A stretch of 64,000 bases of DNA, from the NCBI GenBank assembly GCA_050633305.1, contig JBOEGF010000010.1, forward strand, positions 352,001 to 416,000, written 5' to 3'. Under the pieces are notes generated by a model. That model searched no databases and was not told where the DNA came from. It saw only the letters and a list, made by a program, of their open reading frames with translations. This document shows positions 19,004 to 28,771 of this stretch, piece by piece (position 1 is the first letter of the stretch; each line of letters begins with the position of its first letter). The position numbers and the translations under genes are program-made. This stretch comes from Nannocystales bacterium. GTDB taxonomy: Bacteria; Myxococcota_A; Polyangia; Nannocystales; Nannocystaceae.

Positions 19004-20008
19004 CTACGCTTCTTCGCTCGCCTTCGCCAGGCTGTCTCGCAGCTCGGCTTTTCGTGTGCCGCCTACGAAGCTGGCTTCGATCGCGTTGTCGGCCAGGAGC
19101 TTCAGCTGCTCGTTCGACAGGCCGAGTGCCTGCTGACACTGGACGAAGTTGTCGTTCATGTAGCCTCCGAAGTACGCCGGGTCATCGGAGTTGATCGTCG
19201 CGCACAGACCCGCATCCAGCAGCTTGGGGAGGTTGTGCTGGGAGAGGTCGTCGAAGACACGCAGCTTGGTGTTCGACAGCGGGCATACCGTCAGGGGGAC
19301 GCGTTCGCTCGCCAATCGTTCGACGAGCTTGGCATCCTCGAGGCATCGCACGCCGTGGTCGATCCGCTCGACGTGAAGGGTGTCGAGCGCCCCCCAGATG
19401 TACTCCGGCGGGCCCTCTTCTCCGGCGTGTGCGACTCGGTGCAAGCCCTCCGCTCCCGCCAAGTCGAACGCGTCTGAAAAACGCTCGGGCGGGTTCCCAA
19501 CCTCGGCGCTGTCGAGGCCGACACCAATGAAATGCTCTCGGTACGGGAGAGCGTCCCGGAGTGTTTGCACCGCGGCTTCTCCGGAGAGATGTCGGAGGAA
19601 GCAAAGGATCAGCGAGGAGCTGATGCTCAACTCGTCTCGAGCCTTCTTGCAGGCCGCGGTCAGCCCCTCGATGACGGTGCCCATCGCGACGCCGCGATCG
19701 GTGTGGGTCTGCGGGTCGAAGAAGAGTTCCGCGTGTTCGACGTTGTCTCGATGGACACGTGTGAAGTAGGCCCAGGCGAGGTCGAAGAAGTCCTCCTGCT
19801 TCTGAAGGACGTTGGCGCCTTGGTAGTACAGGTCGAGGAAGTCCTGCAGGTTGCCGAAGTCGTAGGCTGCGCGGAGCTCGTCCACGGACGCATACGGCAA
19901 CGTGACTCCGTTGCGGTCTGCGAGCGCAAACATCAACTCCGGCTCGAGCGTGCCCTCGATGTGGAGATGCAGCTCGACTTTCGGCAGGCGTTCGGCGAAG
20001 GACGTCAT
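19004..20008 (-). CDS. add: Adenosine/adenine deaminase
   Basis: [44 protein letters not shown]. Start re-picked at MTSF (20008). Confidence 0.93.
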   Translation of the reverse strand: MTSFAERLPKVELHLHIEGTLEPELMFALADRNGVTLPYASVDELRAAYDFGNLQDFLDLYYQGANVLQKQEDFFDLAWAYFTRVHRDNVEHAELFFDPQTHTDRGVAMGTVIEGLTAACKKARDELSISSSLILCFLRHLSGEAAVQTLRDALPYREHFIGVGLDSAEVGNPPERFSDAFDLAGAEGLHRVAHAGEEGPPEYIWGALDTLHVERIDHGVRCLEDAKLVERLASERVPLTVCPLSNTKLRVFDDLSQHNLPKLLDAGLCATINSDDPAYFGGYMNDNFVQCQQALGLSNEQLKLLADNAIEASFVGGTRKAELRDSLAKASEEA

Positions 20009-20027
20009 CGCGGGAGGATACTTGCGC

Positions 20028-20894
20028 TCAGTCCTTCGTGTCGCCGAAGAAGTAGGCGAATCCGATGCCCATGAACAGGCCCCCGTGGTCCCCGAGGTCG
20101 AAGCCGAACCCGGGGCCATTCGTCGTGCCCCGTTTCGCGCCGATCCCCCGGCCGGGGTTGGCGTCGAACTCACCGTTTTGGTCCGGCTCCCGGTTGCCTG
20201 GAATGATGCGAAACGCGACCCCGAACTCGGGCACGATCGCGACGCGTTTGCCGATGAACAGCTGGACGCTTGCGGGGATCTCCACGTCGATCTCGAGCGG
20301 CGTGTCGAGTGTGTCGGTTTCTTCCTCTTCGAGCTGGCCTAAGAATCCGAAGTATGCCGACACGCGGGCGCCGACGCCGAAGTCGGCGTGCACCTGTTGG
20401 CTGCGGTCACCCTGGAAAGGCCAGTAGAAGAACTCGGGACCCACACCCATGGCACCGACGGTTCGCGTGCGTTCGAACTCGCCGTTTTCGTCGGTGTCGC
20501 CGTGGGAGAATGTCGCGGCGCCGAGGTTGAGTCCGGCGGTAAATCGGTCCGCGGCGTACCAACGGACGAACAACCCGTTGAGGCCTGCGAGGGTTCGCAT
20601 CGCGCCGAATCCCACGCGGTTCTTCATCGGGGCCGCAGGGCTGCGGGCTTTCTTGGCCTTCTTCTTCTTCTTCTTTTTCTTCTTCGGCTTTGCGCTCGCG
20701 CTCACCGAGGCTTCGGCGTCGGACTCGGACGCATCAGCTTCGGTGTCTTCGGCCTCGTCCTCGGCTGCATCCTCCGCCTTGCCTTCGTCTTTTTCAGGCG
20801 CGGCCGCGGCGGGCGAGGCGAATGCGAGCGCTGCTCCGAGTGCAGCGGTGAGGGTGGTACGACGTGCGAGGGGTCCCCGAGCAAGCGAAGGCAC
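20028..20894 (-). CDS. Exported protein, probable small outer-membrane beta-barrel with acidic and poly-Lys N-terminal linker
   Basis: Signal peptide (AAAA), acidic stretch, KKKKKKKKK run, amphipathic strands ending GIGFAYFF. Confidence 0.7.
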   Translation of the reverse strand: MPSLARGPLARRTTLTAALGAALAFASPAAAAPEKDEGKAEDAAEDEAEDTEADASESDAEASVSASAKPKKKKKKKKKAKKARSPAAPMKNRVGFGAMRTLAGLNGLFVRWYAADRFTAGLNLGAATFSHGDTDENGEFERTRTVGAMGVGPEFFYWPFQGDRSQQVHADFGVGARVSAYFGFLGQLEEEETDTLDTPLEIDVEIPASVQLFIGKRVAIVPEFGVAFRIIPGNREPDQNGEFDANPGRGIGAKRGTTNGPGFGFDLGDHGGLFMGIGFAYFFGDTKD

Positions 20895-21052
20895 GCGCCG
20901 AGTATATCCATGCTCGCGAAGTTGCTCGCGAACACGATGCAGTACATGTGTGACGAGGGACGTACCTTGTCGTGCATGCGGGGGGCGGCGGCACCGTTGT
21001 TGGGGGGCACGGACCCTTTCGCGTCCACTGCATCTCGCTACACTTGGTTGGG

Positions 21053-22867
21053 ATGTTGGGGAGGGTGCTAGCGATCGGACTCGGCGCGGTCGCGTGCGTT
21101 GGGTGTGGAGACGTCATCGGGCTCGACGCGAGCGACCCGGCACGCGGACCGGGACAGCTCGTCGGAAACGGAGCACCGATCACCGACGGGGTTTTCCGAG
21201 GTGGGGCGGATGCCATGCCCGAACCCCGGGACGTCGAGGCGCCGGCCGAGGGCTTGATCGTCGACTGTGATGGCGACTGCGCCAGCTACTGCGATGGCCT
21301 CCCGCTGGACAACCCGGTCAACGTTGGCATGTGCCCGGTGACCTGGGGCGCGGGGCTCTCGACGAGGCCGCTCGATCGCGGGGAAGCATGCCGTCGGCTC
21401 TACGCCGACTTGCTCGGACGTTTCCCGAGTGCCGATGAAAGCGCGACGGTCTGCCAGGCCGAGACCTGGGGCCAGACGGTCTCGCAGCTCTTGGCGACAG
21501 ACGAGTTCGTGCGCGTGCAACAGCTTCGCTGGGCCGACCGCCTCCTGTACAACAACCGCGCCGTCAACTTCGAGCGCGCCTACGACATGGACGAACTGGT
21601 CGGCAAGGCGTTCGAGGGGCGCGTGGCTTGGGACGAGTTCGCCGCAGTGACCAGCGCGCACCCGGTCATCATGCGGCGGCTGGACACTCCCGCCGACCGG
21701 GCCGAGTTCATGTTCGAGCTGTTCCTGGGCCGCCCGCCGTACGAGGGCGAGCGCAGCGACATCGCGCGGCTGTATCGGCTGTGGAACAACGGCTACTTCG
21801 ACCATCCGCACGTTGGGCGGTTGCCTGACTCCTACATCGAGTTCGCGTGTGTCGACGACGAGGGGAACGCCGACCCGGCGACCATCGGCGAGTGCACGAG
21901 CGTTCTATGGGGTCACCAGGAACTCACCCTGAGGCCCGATGCGAAGCGTGTCACCAAGTCGGGGGAACTCGAGGGCTTGCTGTGGACAGGAAAGCTGCTC
22001 CCCGAGGAGTGGCAGAAGCTTCAGCTTCCGGGGCGGATCATCGCGAGCGACCCTGCATTCTGGGAGTTCATCGTCGAAGAAACACTCACCCGTTATCTCG
22101 GGTATGACCTCGCGGTCGACGCTCCGGCGGTGCGCCACGAACTCGTGAAGTATCTGCTGGAGTACCAGGGCGACATCCGAGCCCTGCACTACGCGATCGC
22201 CACATCGTTTGCGTACCTCCAGTCGTCTCGGGGTGGGGCGGAGACCGAGCGCCGCTGGACCTACGGGCCCTACAAACAGATTCAGGTCGAAGGCTGGATC
22301 GACTCCATCAAGGCCACGACAGGCGCCAACTTGGCGCGTTGCGATCATCGCTTGCCGCACCCCGAGGACTACCTCGAGCCGGACGAAGAAGACGACGGAT
22401 ACGGAGGGGGACTCAGTGGTTGGGCCCTGGCGCTGATTCGCAACTCGGGGTGGCAGATGACGGGCGACCTCGAGGTCGAGGACAACTACCGCAACCTGGC
22501 TCGCACACTCGGTGGGTGTCCGTCCAACGAAGTCGGTGGACGGTTCACCACGATCAGCGTGCTTAACACGGCTGTCCAGGAATCGTTCGTCGCGGAGGTC
22601 TGCGGCATTGGTGATGCAGGCGGTGTCGATCTAGGGCGGCTGATACCTGGCGGTATGAGCGGAGACACGGTGCTGGACGACGCCACTGCGGATTCGATTC
22701 TCGCCTACCAGCAGGCCGTGTTCTTGGGGCGTAGCCCCGACGAGGAAGAAATCGAAGAAGCCCGCGCTGCAGCGTCGCAGTGCAATCCAGCCCCATGCAC
22801 GGCCGAGACGTTCGCGCGGCCGCTGTGTTTTGCCCTGCTCTCCAGCTCGGAGATGCTCTTCTACTAG
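21053..22867 (+). CDS. DUF1549/DUF1553-like Cys-rich lipoprotein
   Basis: Lipobox CVGC, CRRLYADLLGRFPS, ELFLGRPP, LVKYLLEYQGDIRALHYAIATSFAY, ALLSSSEMLFY. Start re-picked at MLGRV. Confidence 0.7.
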   Translation: MLGRVLAIGLGAVACVGCGDVIGLDASDPARGPGQLVGNGAPITDGVFRGGADAMPEPRDVEAPAEGLIVDCDGDCASYCDGLPLDNPVNVGMCPVTWGAGLSTRPLDRGEACRRLYADLLGRFPSADESATVCQAETWGQTVSQLLATDEFVRVQQLRWADRLLYNNRAVNFERAYDMDELVGKAFEGRVAWDEFAAVTSAHPVIMRRLDTPADRAEFMFELFLGRPPYEGERSDIARLYRLWNNGYFDHPHVGRLPDSYIEFACVDDEGNADPATIGECTSVLWGHQELTLRPDAKRVTKSGELEGLLWTGKLLPEEWQKLQLPGRIIASDPAFWEFIVEETLTRYLGYDLAVDAPAVRHELVKYLLEYQGDIRALHYAIATSFAYLQSSRGGAETERRWTYGPYKQIQVEGWIDSIKATTGANLARCDHRLPHPEDYLEPDEEDDGYGGGLSGWALALIRNSGWQMTGDLEVEDNYRNLARTLGGCPSNEVGGRFTTISVLNTAVQESFVAEVCGIGDAGGVDLGRLIPGGMSGDTVLDDATADSILAYQQAVFLGRSPDEEEIEEARAAASQCNPAPCTAETFARPLCFALLSSSEMLFY

Positions 22868-22881
22868 GAGGCTCGCGACCC

Positions 22882-24252
22882 ATGGCACGTTCCAAGTTTT
22901 CGCGACGACGACTTCTGCAGGGCGCAGGTATGACTGCGGCCGGCCTGGCCTTCCCCCATCTGTGGATCCCGCGGGAGGTCAAGGCGACCGAGGCGTTCGG
23001 CACCGCCAAGCACCTCATCTACATCCGCCTCTCCGGTGGTTTTCGGTTCCCCGTCGCGTTCAACGGCGCGGTCGGTGAGCAGTTCAACCCCTTCGGGCTC
23101 GCCAGCGGTGTCGCCGGGGGGACCGAGTGGGGGGTGGGCCGGATGCTCGACCAGAACGAGTGGCGCACCGACGAACTCGCTGGGCTGGGCATGAAGCGGG
23201 TGCCGGAGTTCGCCAACGAGATGACCGTGCTCCCCTGTGTGGATCACGAGCCGCTCTCCGGTTCCGCGGATGGCAACCACGCCACGGGGCTCGAACGCTT
23301 TCTCACCGGTGAGGTGGGCGGGGCGACCGGGCTGTTCACGATGTTGGGGTATGGACTGCGCGAGCGCACCGAAGCCGACACGGCTGCGGGGGTCGTGAAT
23401 CTTCCGCCGGTCATCATGGGAGAGTCCGGGATGGGGCGGGGCTCGGGTGCTTACGCTGCGTATCGACCGGCGGTGTTGCGCGGGGATGACCTGGACCGCT
23501 TCGCCGCGGGTTCGACCGAGCAGCTCCCCGACTGGGCGCGTTCGATGGCCGAGGGCTACGACGTGCGCAACAAGGAGCGCCACAACCCCTCACACAGTCC
23601 CACCGTCGACGCGTACATCCGTTCTCGCGAAGCGACGCGGGCCTACGCCGACATCTTCTCCAGCGACATCCTCAAGGTCAGCGAGGGAAGCGGCGAGGTG
23701 TTCGACGGGCTGAGCAACGGGGAGTTGGCGACCGTCTTTGGAGACTCGGGGGGGGGCCGGGCGGTCCATCTCGCCTTGCGGCTGTTCCACTTCGGATGCC
23801 CCGCGGTCTACATCGACCAGGGGGGCTATGACATGCACTCCGACGAAGAGCAGGACTTGCCCGGCCGCATGGAGGAGTTCGTACAGATCCTCTCCGCGTT
23901 GGAGTGGTCGCTCAAGCGACTCGAGCACCCCAGCGGCGGCACCTACTGGGACCACACGATCGTTGCGGCAGGGAGCGAGTTCTCGCGCAGTGCCCGTGGA
24001 GCCCGCTTCAACTCGGCGCGTGGCAGCGACCACGGTGGCGACTTTGCAACGCGCTGGATGTCGATGCCGTTCATGGGAGGGCCGATCGGGGCCAAGGGGC
24101 AGAGCATCGGCAGCACCGATCCTGGCGACCTCAGTCCCACCGGCGATGTCTTCTCGTATCGCTCGACCTGGAAAACGATGATGGATTTCCTGGGTGCCGA
24201 GAGCTCTGAGTTCTTTCCCGCGGATGACCCGTATGATGCGCTCTGCCCCTAA
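22882..24252 (+). CDS. DUF1501 family Tat-exported protein
   Basis: Tat motif SRRRLLQ, IYIRLSGG, GGYDMH, SEFSRS, GSDHG. RBS aggagg. Confidence 0.8.
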   Translation: MARSKFSRRRLLQGAGMTAAGLAFPHLWIPREVKATEAFGTAKHLIYIRLSGGFRFPVAFNGAVGEQFNPFGLASGVAGGTEWGVGRMLDQNEWRTDELAGLGMKRVPEFANEMTVLPCVDHEPLSGSADGNHATGLERFLTGEVGGATGLFTMLGYGLRERTEADTAAGVVNLPPVIMGESGMGRGSGAYAAYRPAVLRGDDLDRFAAGSTEQLPDWARSMAEGYDVRNKERHNPSHSPTVDAYIRSREATRAYADIFSSDILKVSEGSGEVFDGLSNGELATVFGDSGGGRAVHLALRLFHFGCPAVYIDQGGYDMHSDEEQDLPGRMEEFVQILSALEWSLKRLEHPSGGTYWDHTIVAAGSEFSRSARGARFNSARGSDHGGDFATRWMSMPFMGGPIGAKGQSIGSTDPGDLSPTGDVFSYRSTWKTMMDFLGAESSEFFPADDPYDALCP

Positions 24253-25597
24253 CGCCTCACTCGTCGCCTTCGCGCTCCTGGCCTTGGCTGGGTGCAGAGA
24301 CACCGTCGACTACAACAGCGGCCGGATCGATTTCGACCCGGAGCGGCCCGAGGTTCCGGAGGCCGAAGACATCGCGCCCTACGATGGGGATGACGAGACG
24401 GTGCTCGATGCCCAGATGCGGTTTCCGACCGGACTCGACCTCCACCAAAAGGTGATCTGGCGGACGTGCACCCCCAACGGTGGTGTTTGTCACAACGCCA
24501 AGGAGTACCCGGACCTGCGCACCCCGGCCAACCTCGCCTCGGCATTCGAAGCACCGTGCAACGTGCAGCCCGGCGAGCCCACATCGGTCTTTGACGGCTG
24601 CGAGCCCAGCGGTGACCGGATTCGGTTCACCGGGAGCCTCGACACCGACCCAGTCGAGATCGCCTACGTGGAGCAGATCGCGGGGGACGAGGTCGACAAC
24701 TTCGATCCGTCAAACCTTTCGCCCGACACTCCGGGACTTCACATTCACTTGGTCACGCCCGTGCAGACCGACCGTGACGGCGGCTGGTCGACGGCGCGCT
24801 TCGTGCGGACGTTCGTCGAGGGCGGCGAGGTCGACGAGATCACCTACGCATCGTACGAAACCCAGTGGGCGGTTCTCGACGGTGGGACCCACCTGATCGG
24901 CAACGTTCGCGAGTACCAGTCTGAAGAGGTCGAGGAGCTGATCAACGTCGGCATCGAGGAAGCAGACGCCAACCGCAACGGTGTCGCCGGGGCCACGGCG
25001 GACATGGGGGTCTCCATGCTCGTCCCTGGTCGCCCCGAAGACAGCTACTTGATCGCCCGCATCCGCGGAGAGATGCACGACGCGCCGATCCCCGGCTCAC
25101 GCATGCCGCTGGCCAACGCGCCACTGAGCATCGCGGAGATGCTTGGCTTGTACTGCTTGGTCGAGGGCTGGCCCGAAGGCGCAGACCAGGCGTACTTGTC
25201 TGGGCCGATCGACTACCGCAACTGCTCGTACTCCGAGGACCCCGAGGCCTTGAACCTGCTTGGCAACGGGGTCACGTGGCAGGCCCGAGTCCGCCCGATC
25301 TTGGAGGCCAACTGCGGTGGATGCCACTCCGAGGCGGAGCAGCAAGGCGACCTGGTGTTGGTCGGGGACGGTGTCTACGAGCGCTTGCTCGAGAAATCCG
25401 CGCAACTGCCCGACCTGGCGCTCATTGAGCCTGAGGACGCCGAGAACAGCTACCTCTACCAGAAGCTCATCGGAGCCGACGGCATCATCGGGAACACGAT
25501 GCCGTTCAACCCGCTGACCGGGGAGGGACGCCTGACCGAGGCCGAGCTCGGCGACATTCTCACCTGGATCAGCAACGGCGCGGTCGAAGACCAGTAG
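24233..25597 (+). CDS. c-type cytochrome lipoprotein (CxxCH plus atypical CX6CH)
   Basis: Lipobox LAGC, CTPNGGVCH, RPILEANCGGCH, two PG/PE-xxSYL...(R/T)MP segments typical of planctomycete-type cytochrome c domains. Overlaps the stop of the DUF1501 gene. Confidence 0.8.
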   Translation: MMRSAPNASLVAFALLALAGCRDTVDYNSGRIDFDPERPEVPEAEDIAPYDGDDETVLDAQMRFPTGLDLHQKVIWRTCTPNGGVCHNAKEYPDLRTPANLASAFEAPCNVQPGEPTSVFDGCEPSGDRIRFTGSLDTDPVEIAYVEQIAGDEVDNFDPSNLSPDTPGLHIHLVTPVQTDRDGGWSTARFVRTFVEGGEVDEITYASYETQWAVLDGGTHLIGNVREYQSEEVEELINVGIEEADANRNGVAGATADMGVSMLVPGRPEDSYLIARIRGEMHDAPIPGSRMPLANAPLSIAEMLGLYCLVEGWPEGADQAYLSGPIDYRNCSYSEDPEALNLLGNGVTWQARVRPILEANCGGCHSEAEQQGDLVLVGDGVYERLLEKSAQLPDLALIEPEDAENSYLYQKLIGADGIIGNTMPFNPLTGEGRLTEAELGDILTWISNGAVEDQ

Positions 25598-25612
25598 GCC
25601 GCGCGGCGCGAC

Positions 25613-26701
25613 TCAGCCGCTGCAGTACGGGGGCGTCCACTCTGGCAGTCCGCCCGCGTACGGGTGGGGGTCGACGCCGAAGGGGTGGTCGAGAAGGAAG
25701 TTGTACGCGTCACGGCGACGCCAGATCCCGGTCTCGTTGTCGGGGTAGCCGTGGCCGGTCCCATGGTCGCAGATGACCGCTTCCCCACCGCGTTCTGTAA
25801 TCACATTGAAGTAGAGCTGCGCGGCGGCGCTAAACGAGAGGCCGCTGACAACATCGGACGCGCCTCCGTGAAAGATGAGGGATGAGGGGGTGGCGTCGGG
25901 GTTCTCGGAGGCTGCCTCGCTGTAGATGCCTCCGGAGTAGGCCACGGTCGAGGCCATGTACGAACTTCGGAGGATGCTCGCAATGCCGATGTGCAGCGCG
26001 CCCGCGCTGAAGCCCACGCCGTGGATGCGGTACGGGTCGATGCCGCCATCGTTGACGGCACAGGAAACCATCGAGTCCATCATGACGAGATCGTTCTGCG
26101 CGCTCCCCGTGACGAGGAACCACTCGGTGGCCGCGCTGGGCTCTGCGAACGGTGCGATCACCATGCCTCCGTTCGCGAGGATGTCTTCGATCGCGTCGTT
26201 GCTCACGGTGGCGATCGCGTTGGTGGGGTCACCACCGCTGCCGTGGAAGGAAAACACAAGCGGTCCTCCGCCGCCCTGGCTCGGGTCGTACCAGACCAGC
26301 GCGCGGCGGCTGCCGAGGCCAACGGGAAACGACAGCTCGGCAGGGTTGTCCCCCTCACCCAACACAAACTCCGGGCATTCCCCCTGCAGCTCGGGGACTC
26401 GTGGGGCTCCGGGGTCGTCGCCAGTCTCCGAGTCGGTGGGTGCGGTCGGGTCTGTCGGGTCTGTGCCTTGAGTCGGGTCGGTGGCGTCCGAGCCGCTGCT
26501 GCCGCTTGGGTCGACGGATGTGTCGTCGCTCGTTACGCCTTCGGAGTCGGCCGTGGTCGTCGTCGCGGAAGACTCGCCGCCAGTACCGGAGACGGACGCT
26601 TCGGTCTCGGGTCCCCCATCCGTGTCCACTCCATCCGAGTCCGAATCACAGGCGCCGAGAAGCGCAACGCAAGACAGTGCAAGGAGTCGCGTGGCGATCA
26701 T
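25613..26701 (-). CDS. Esterase/PHB-depolymerase-like alpha/beta hydrolase lipoprotein
   Basis: Lipobox LGAC, PLVFSFHGSG, GFSAG, FHGGASD, HGTGH. Confidence 0.8.
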   Translation of the reverse strand: MIATRLLALSCVALLGACDSDSDGVDTDGGPETEASVSGTGGESSATTTTADSEGVTSDDTSVDPSGSSGSDATDPTQGTDPTDPTAPTDSETGDDPGAPRVPELQGECPEFVLGEGDNPAELSFPVGLGSRRALVWYDPSQGGGGPLVFSFHGSGGDPTNAIATVSNDAIEDILANGGMVIAPFAEPSAATEWFLVTGSAQNDLVMMDSMVSCAVNDGGIDPYRIHGVGFSAGALHIGIASILRSSYMASTVAYSGGIYSEAASENPDATPSSLIFHGGASDVVSGLSFSAAAQLYFNVITERGGEAVICDHGTGHGYPDNETGIWRRRDAYNFLLDHPFGVDPHPYAGGLPEWTPPYCSG

Positions 26702-26822
26702 CGTAGGGGATGGACGGGACACGGCGCGGAGGGTTGCACGCAACCAGCGAGGCGCCAAGCTGCACGCGTGCCTGTCGGCCCTGGATCGGTGCCGGGCGGT
26801 CGGCTGTGTTGGAACAAGAGGG

Positions 26823-27809
26823 CTACTCGACGCAGTAGTCCGGGACCCAGGCGGGGATGTCTCCCTGGTATGGAAATGGAGCAATATCGAACGGGTGGTC
26901 CAGGAGGAACTGCCAGGAGTACACCCGAGCATCCGGAATCGTGTGGGCGCCCCCGTGGTCGCAAATCAGCGAAAAACCGCCCAGGCTGTCGATATGGGTC
27001 CGGTAGCGCTCGCTTGCCTGCTGGAACGAGACCACCACGATGTCCTCTGGACCGCCGTGATAGATGAGAGCGGGGAACGGCCTCTCCGGGGAATCGCTGA
27101 CGATCTCAGGGTTGAGAATGCCGCCGGAGTACGCGACGACCGATGCGATGTAGGAGCTGCGTCGGACGCTGACTTGGCTTGTCTGCAAGCCGCCCGCGCT
27201 CATGCCCAAAGCGTGGATTCGGCTCGGGTCGATCCCGGGTCCGTTTGCCGCGCAGCCGACGATCTCGTCCATCAGATGGATGTCGTCCTCCCGTTGACCT
27301 AGTACCAGGTGCCACGGGAACTGGCCCGCTTCGGGGTCCGAGACCGGTGCGACAACCATCCCGCCGCGCGCCAAAATGTCGTCGATGCCAGCTTCGCCGA
27401 TCCCGTACTCAGCCTCGAGGGGGTTACTGCCGGTGCCGTGCCAGTAAAAGACCAGTGGACCACCGCCCCCGGCTGCGGGGTCGACCCAGACGCGGGCCGA
27501 ACGAGGGCCAGTCTCGCCAGGCGCGAACTCCAGCGTTCCAGACTCGAAGGTCGGGCACGTGCCATCGGGGGTTGGAAGTGACTCAGGCTCGCCAAACGTC
27601 GGGGTAGGGCCACCACTGCTGCTGCCCTCGTTGTCGCTGCTGCTCGATTCGAGGCTCGCGCCGCTCGAAGACGATGAGGTGTCGTCGCCAGACGTTGAAC
27701 TCCCTTCCTCGGTCGAGGTCGTGCCGGACTCCGGTTCTTCGACTGCATCCGTCGTGTTTCCGCAGCCAAGCAGGGTGGTGACGAGCAATGCAACGGTCCC
27801 CGAGCGCAT
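26823..27809 (-). CDS. Esterase/PHB-depolymerase-like lipoprotein, tandem paralog
   Basis: Lipobox LLGC, PLVFYWHGTG, GMSAG, YHGGPED, HGGAH. Shares the FLLDHPF...PxYC tail with its neighbour. Confidence 0.8.
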   Translation of the reverse strand: MRSGTVALLVTTLLGCGNTTDAVEEPESGTTSTEEGSSTSGDDTSSSSSGASLESSSSDNEGSSSGGPTPTFGEPESLPTPDGTCPTFESGTLEFAPGETGPRSARVWVDPAAGGGGPLVFYWHGTGSNPLEAEYGIGEAGIDDILARGGMVVAPVSDPEAGQFPWHLVLGQREDDIHLMDEIVGCAANGPGIDPSRIHALGMSAGGLQTSQVSVRRSSYIASVVAYSGGILNPEIVSDSPERPFPALIYHGGPEDIVVVSFQQASERYRTHIDSLGGFSLICDHGGAHTIPDARVYSWQFLLDHPFDIAPFPYQGDIPAWVPDYCVE

Positions 27810-27891
27810 TGCGGGAGCATCGCATGCCGGGGCGCCCAAGGGAGGCAAGCCGCCGTGTCATTCGCGGTGGACTCGTTGCCTATGGAGGTCC

Positions 27892-28473
27892 GTGAACCCC
27901 TTCAAGCGTTCCAGGTCCATCTCCAAGTCTCTCTCCGTAGCCGTTGCGGGCGCTGTTTTGTTGGCGGCGGGTTCGGCCGCTGCCGCGTCCTACTGCTACA
28001 CGTTCTCCGGACCGAACGTGGGCACAAGCCACACGGTCGGGGACACGCTGACGCCCAACGGGTCGACCGTCGAGTTCCTTCAGTTCCAGTGGTCCAGCGG
28101 GATCTGGACCCCCGCTGGGGTTGCAACGGTGGTGATGAGCAACCACGCAACCGGCGTCGCCAACGAACTCAATCTCAACAACATCAACCTCCGGGTCATC
28201 CCCGACACGCCCGCGCTCACCGCTTCGTACAAGTACGCCGACTTCGGCGGAAACGTGAACATGGGGGTCAACGGCGACTTCCGGAACACGAGCGACATGA
28301 TGGACCTGGACGGAACGGTCGTTGGAGGCTGCGACGTTGAGGTGACGGAGACCGTCGCTGTGGGTCACATGTTCGGAGAAGTCGACATCATTTGCCCCGA
28401 CCCGGTCGTGATCGACAGGTTTGGGATGGGAGGACAGGAGTTCTTCGTCGACGACATCTGCTTCGAAGACTGA
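27892..28473 (+). CDS. Secreted beta-rich hypothetical protein
   Basis: GGAGG then GTG start, signal peptide ending AAA, beta-strand-rich body ending GGQEFFVDDICFED. Confidence 0.7.
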   Translation: MNPFKRSRSISKSLSVAVAGAVLLAAGSAAAASYCYTFSGPNVGTSHTVGDTLTPNGSTVEFLQFQWSSGIWTPAGVATVVMSNHATGVANELNLNNINLRVIPDTPALTASYKYADFGGNVNMGVNGDFRNTSDMMDLDGTVVGGCDVEVTETVAVGHMFGEVDIICPDPVVIDRFGMGGQEFFVDDICFED

Positions 28474-28501
28474 CCTCCGATCTGGGAGCCTGGGGACGCG
28501 G

Positions 28502-28750
28502 TCAGCTCGTGGGATCTGGAAGCCGGATCGCGAGAAATGCGCCCCACGCGAAGTGGCCGATGACCCACGTGATCAGCGTGGCGAGACCCGGCGACCCGCC
28601 GGGGGCGAGCCCAAACGCAACCGCCATCGCCGTCAGCGTGAGCGCGACGGCGATGGCGTTGGGCCGCCTCAGCGGCGGGGGAATGGTCTCGCGGTACAAG
28701 AGCCACAGCGCGGGCGCGTGGCCGAAGAACGCGATGACCCTTCGGAGCAT
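28502..28750 (-). CDS. Small membrane protein downstream of pntB
   Basis: 82 aa with 2-3 hydrophobic segments, 21 bp after the pntB stop on the same strand. Confidence 0.55.
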   Translation of the reverse strand: MLRRVIAFFGHAPALWLLYRETIPPPLRRPNAIAVALTLTAMAVAFGLAPGGSPGLATLITWVIGHFAWGAFLAIRLPDPTS

Positions 28751-28771
28751 GGGCGGGGTCCTTGCGAAGGC

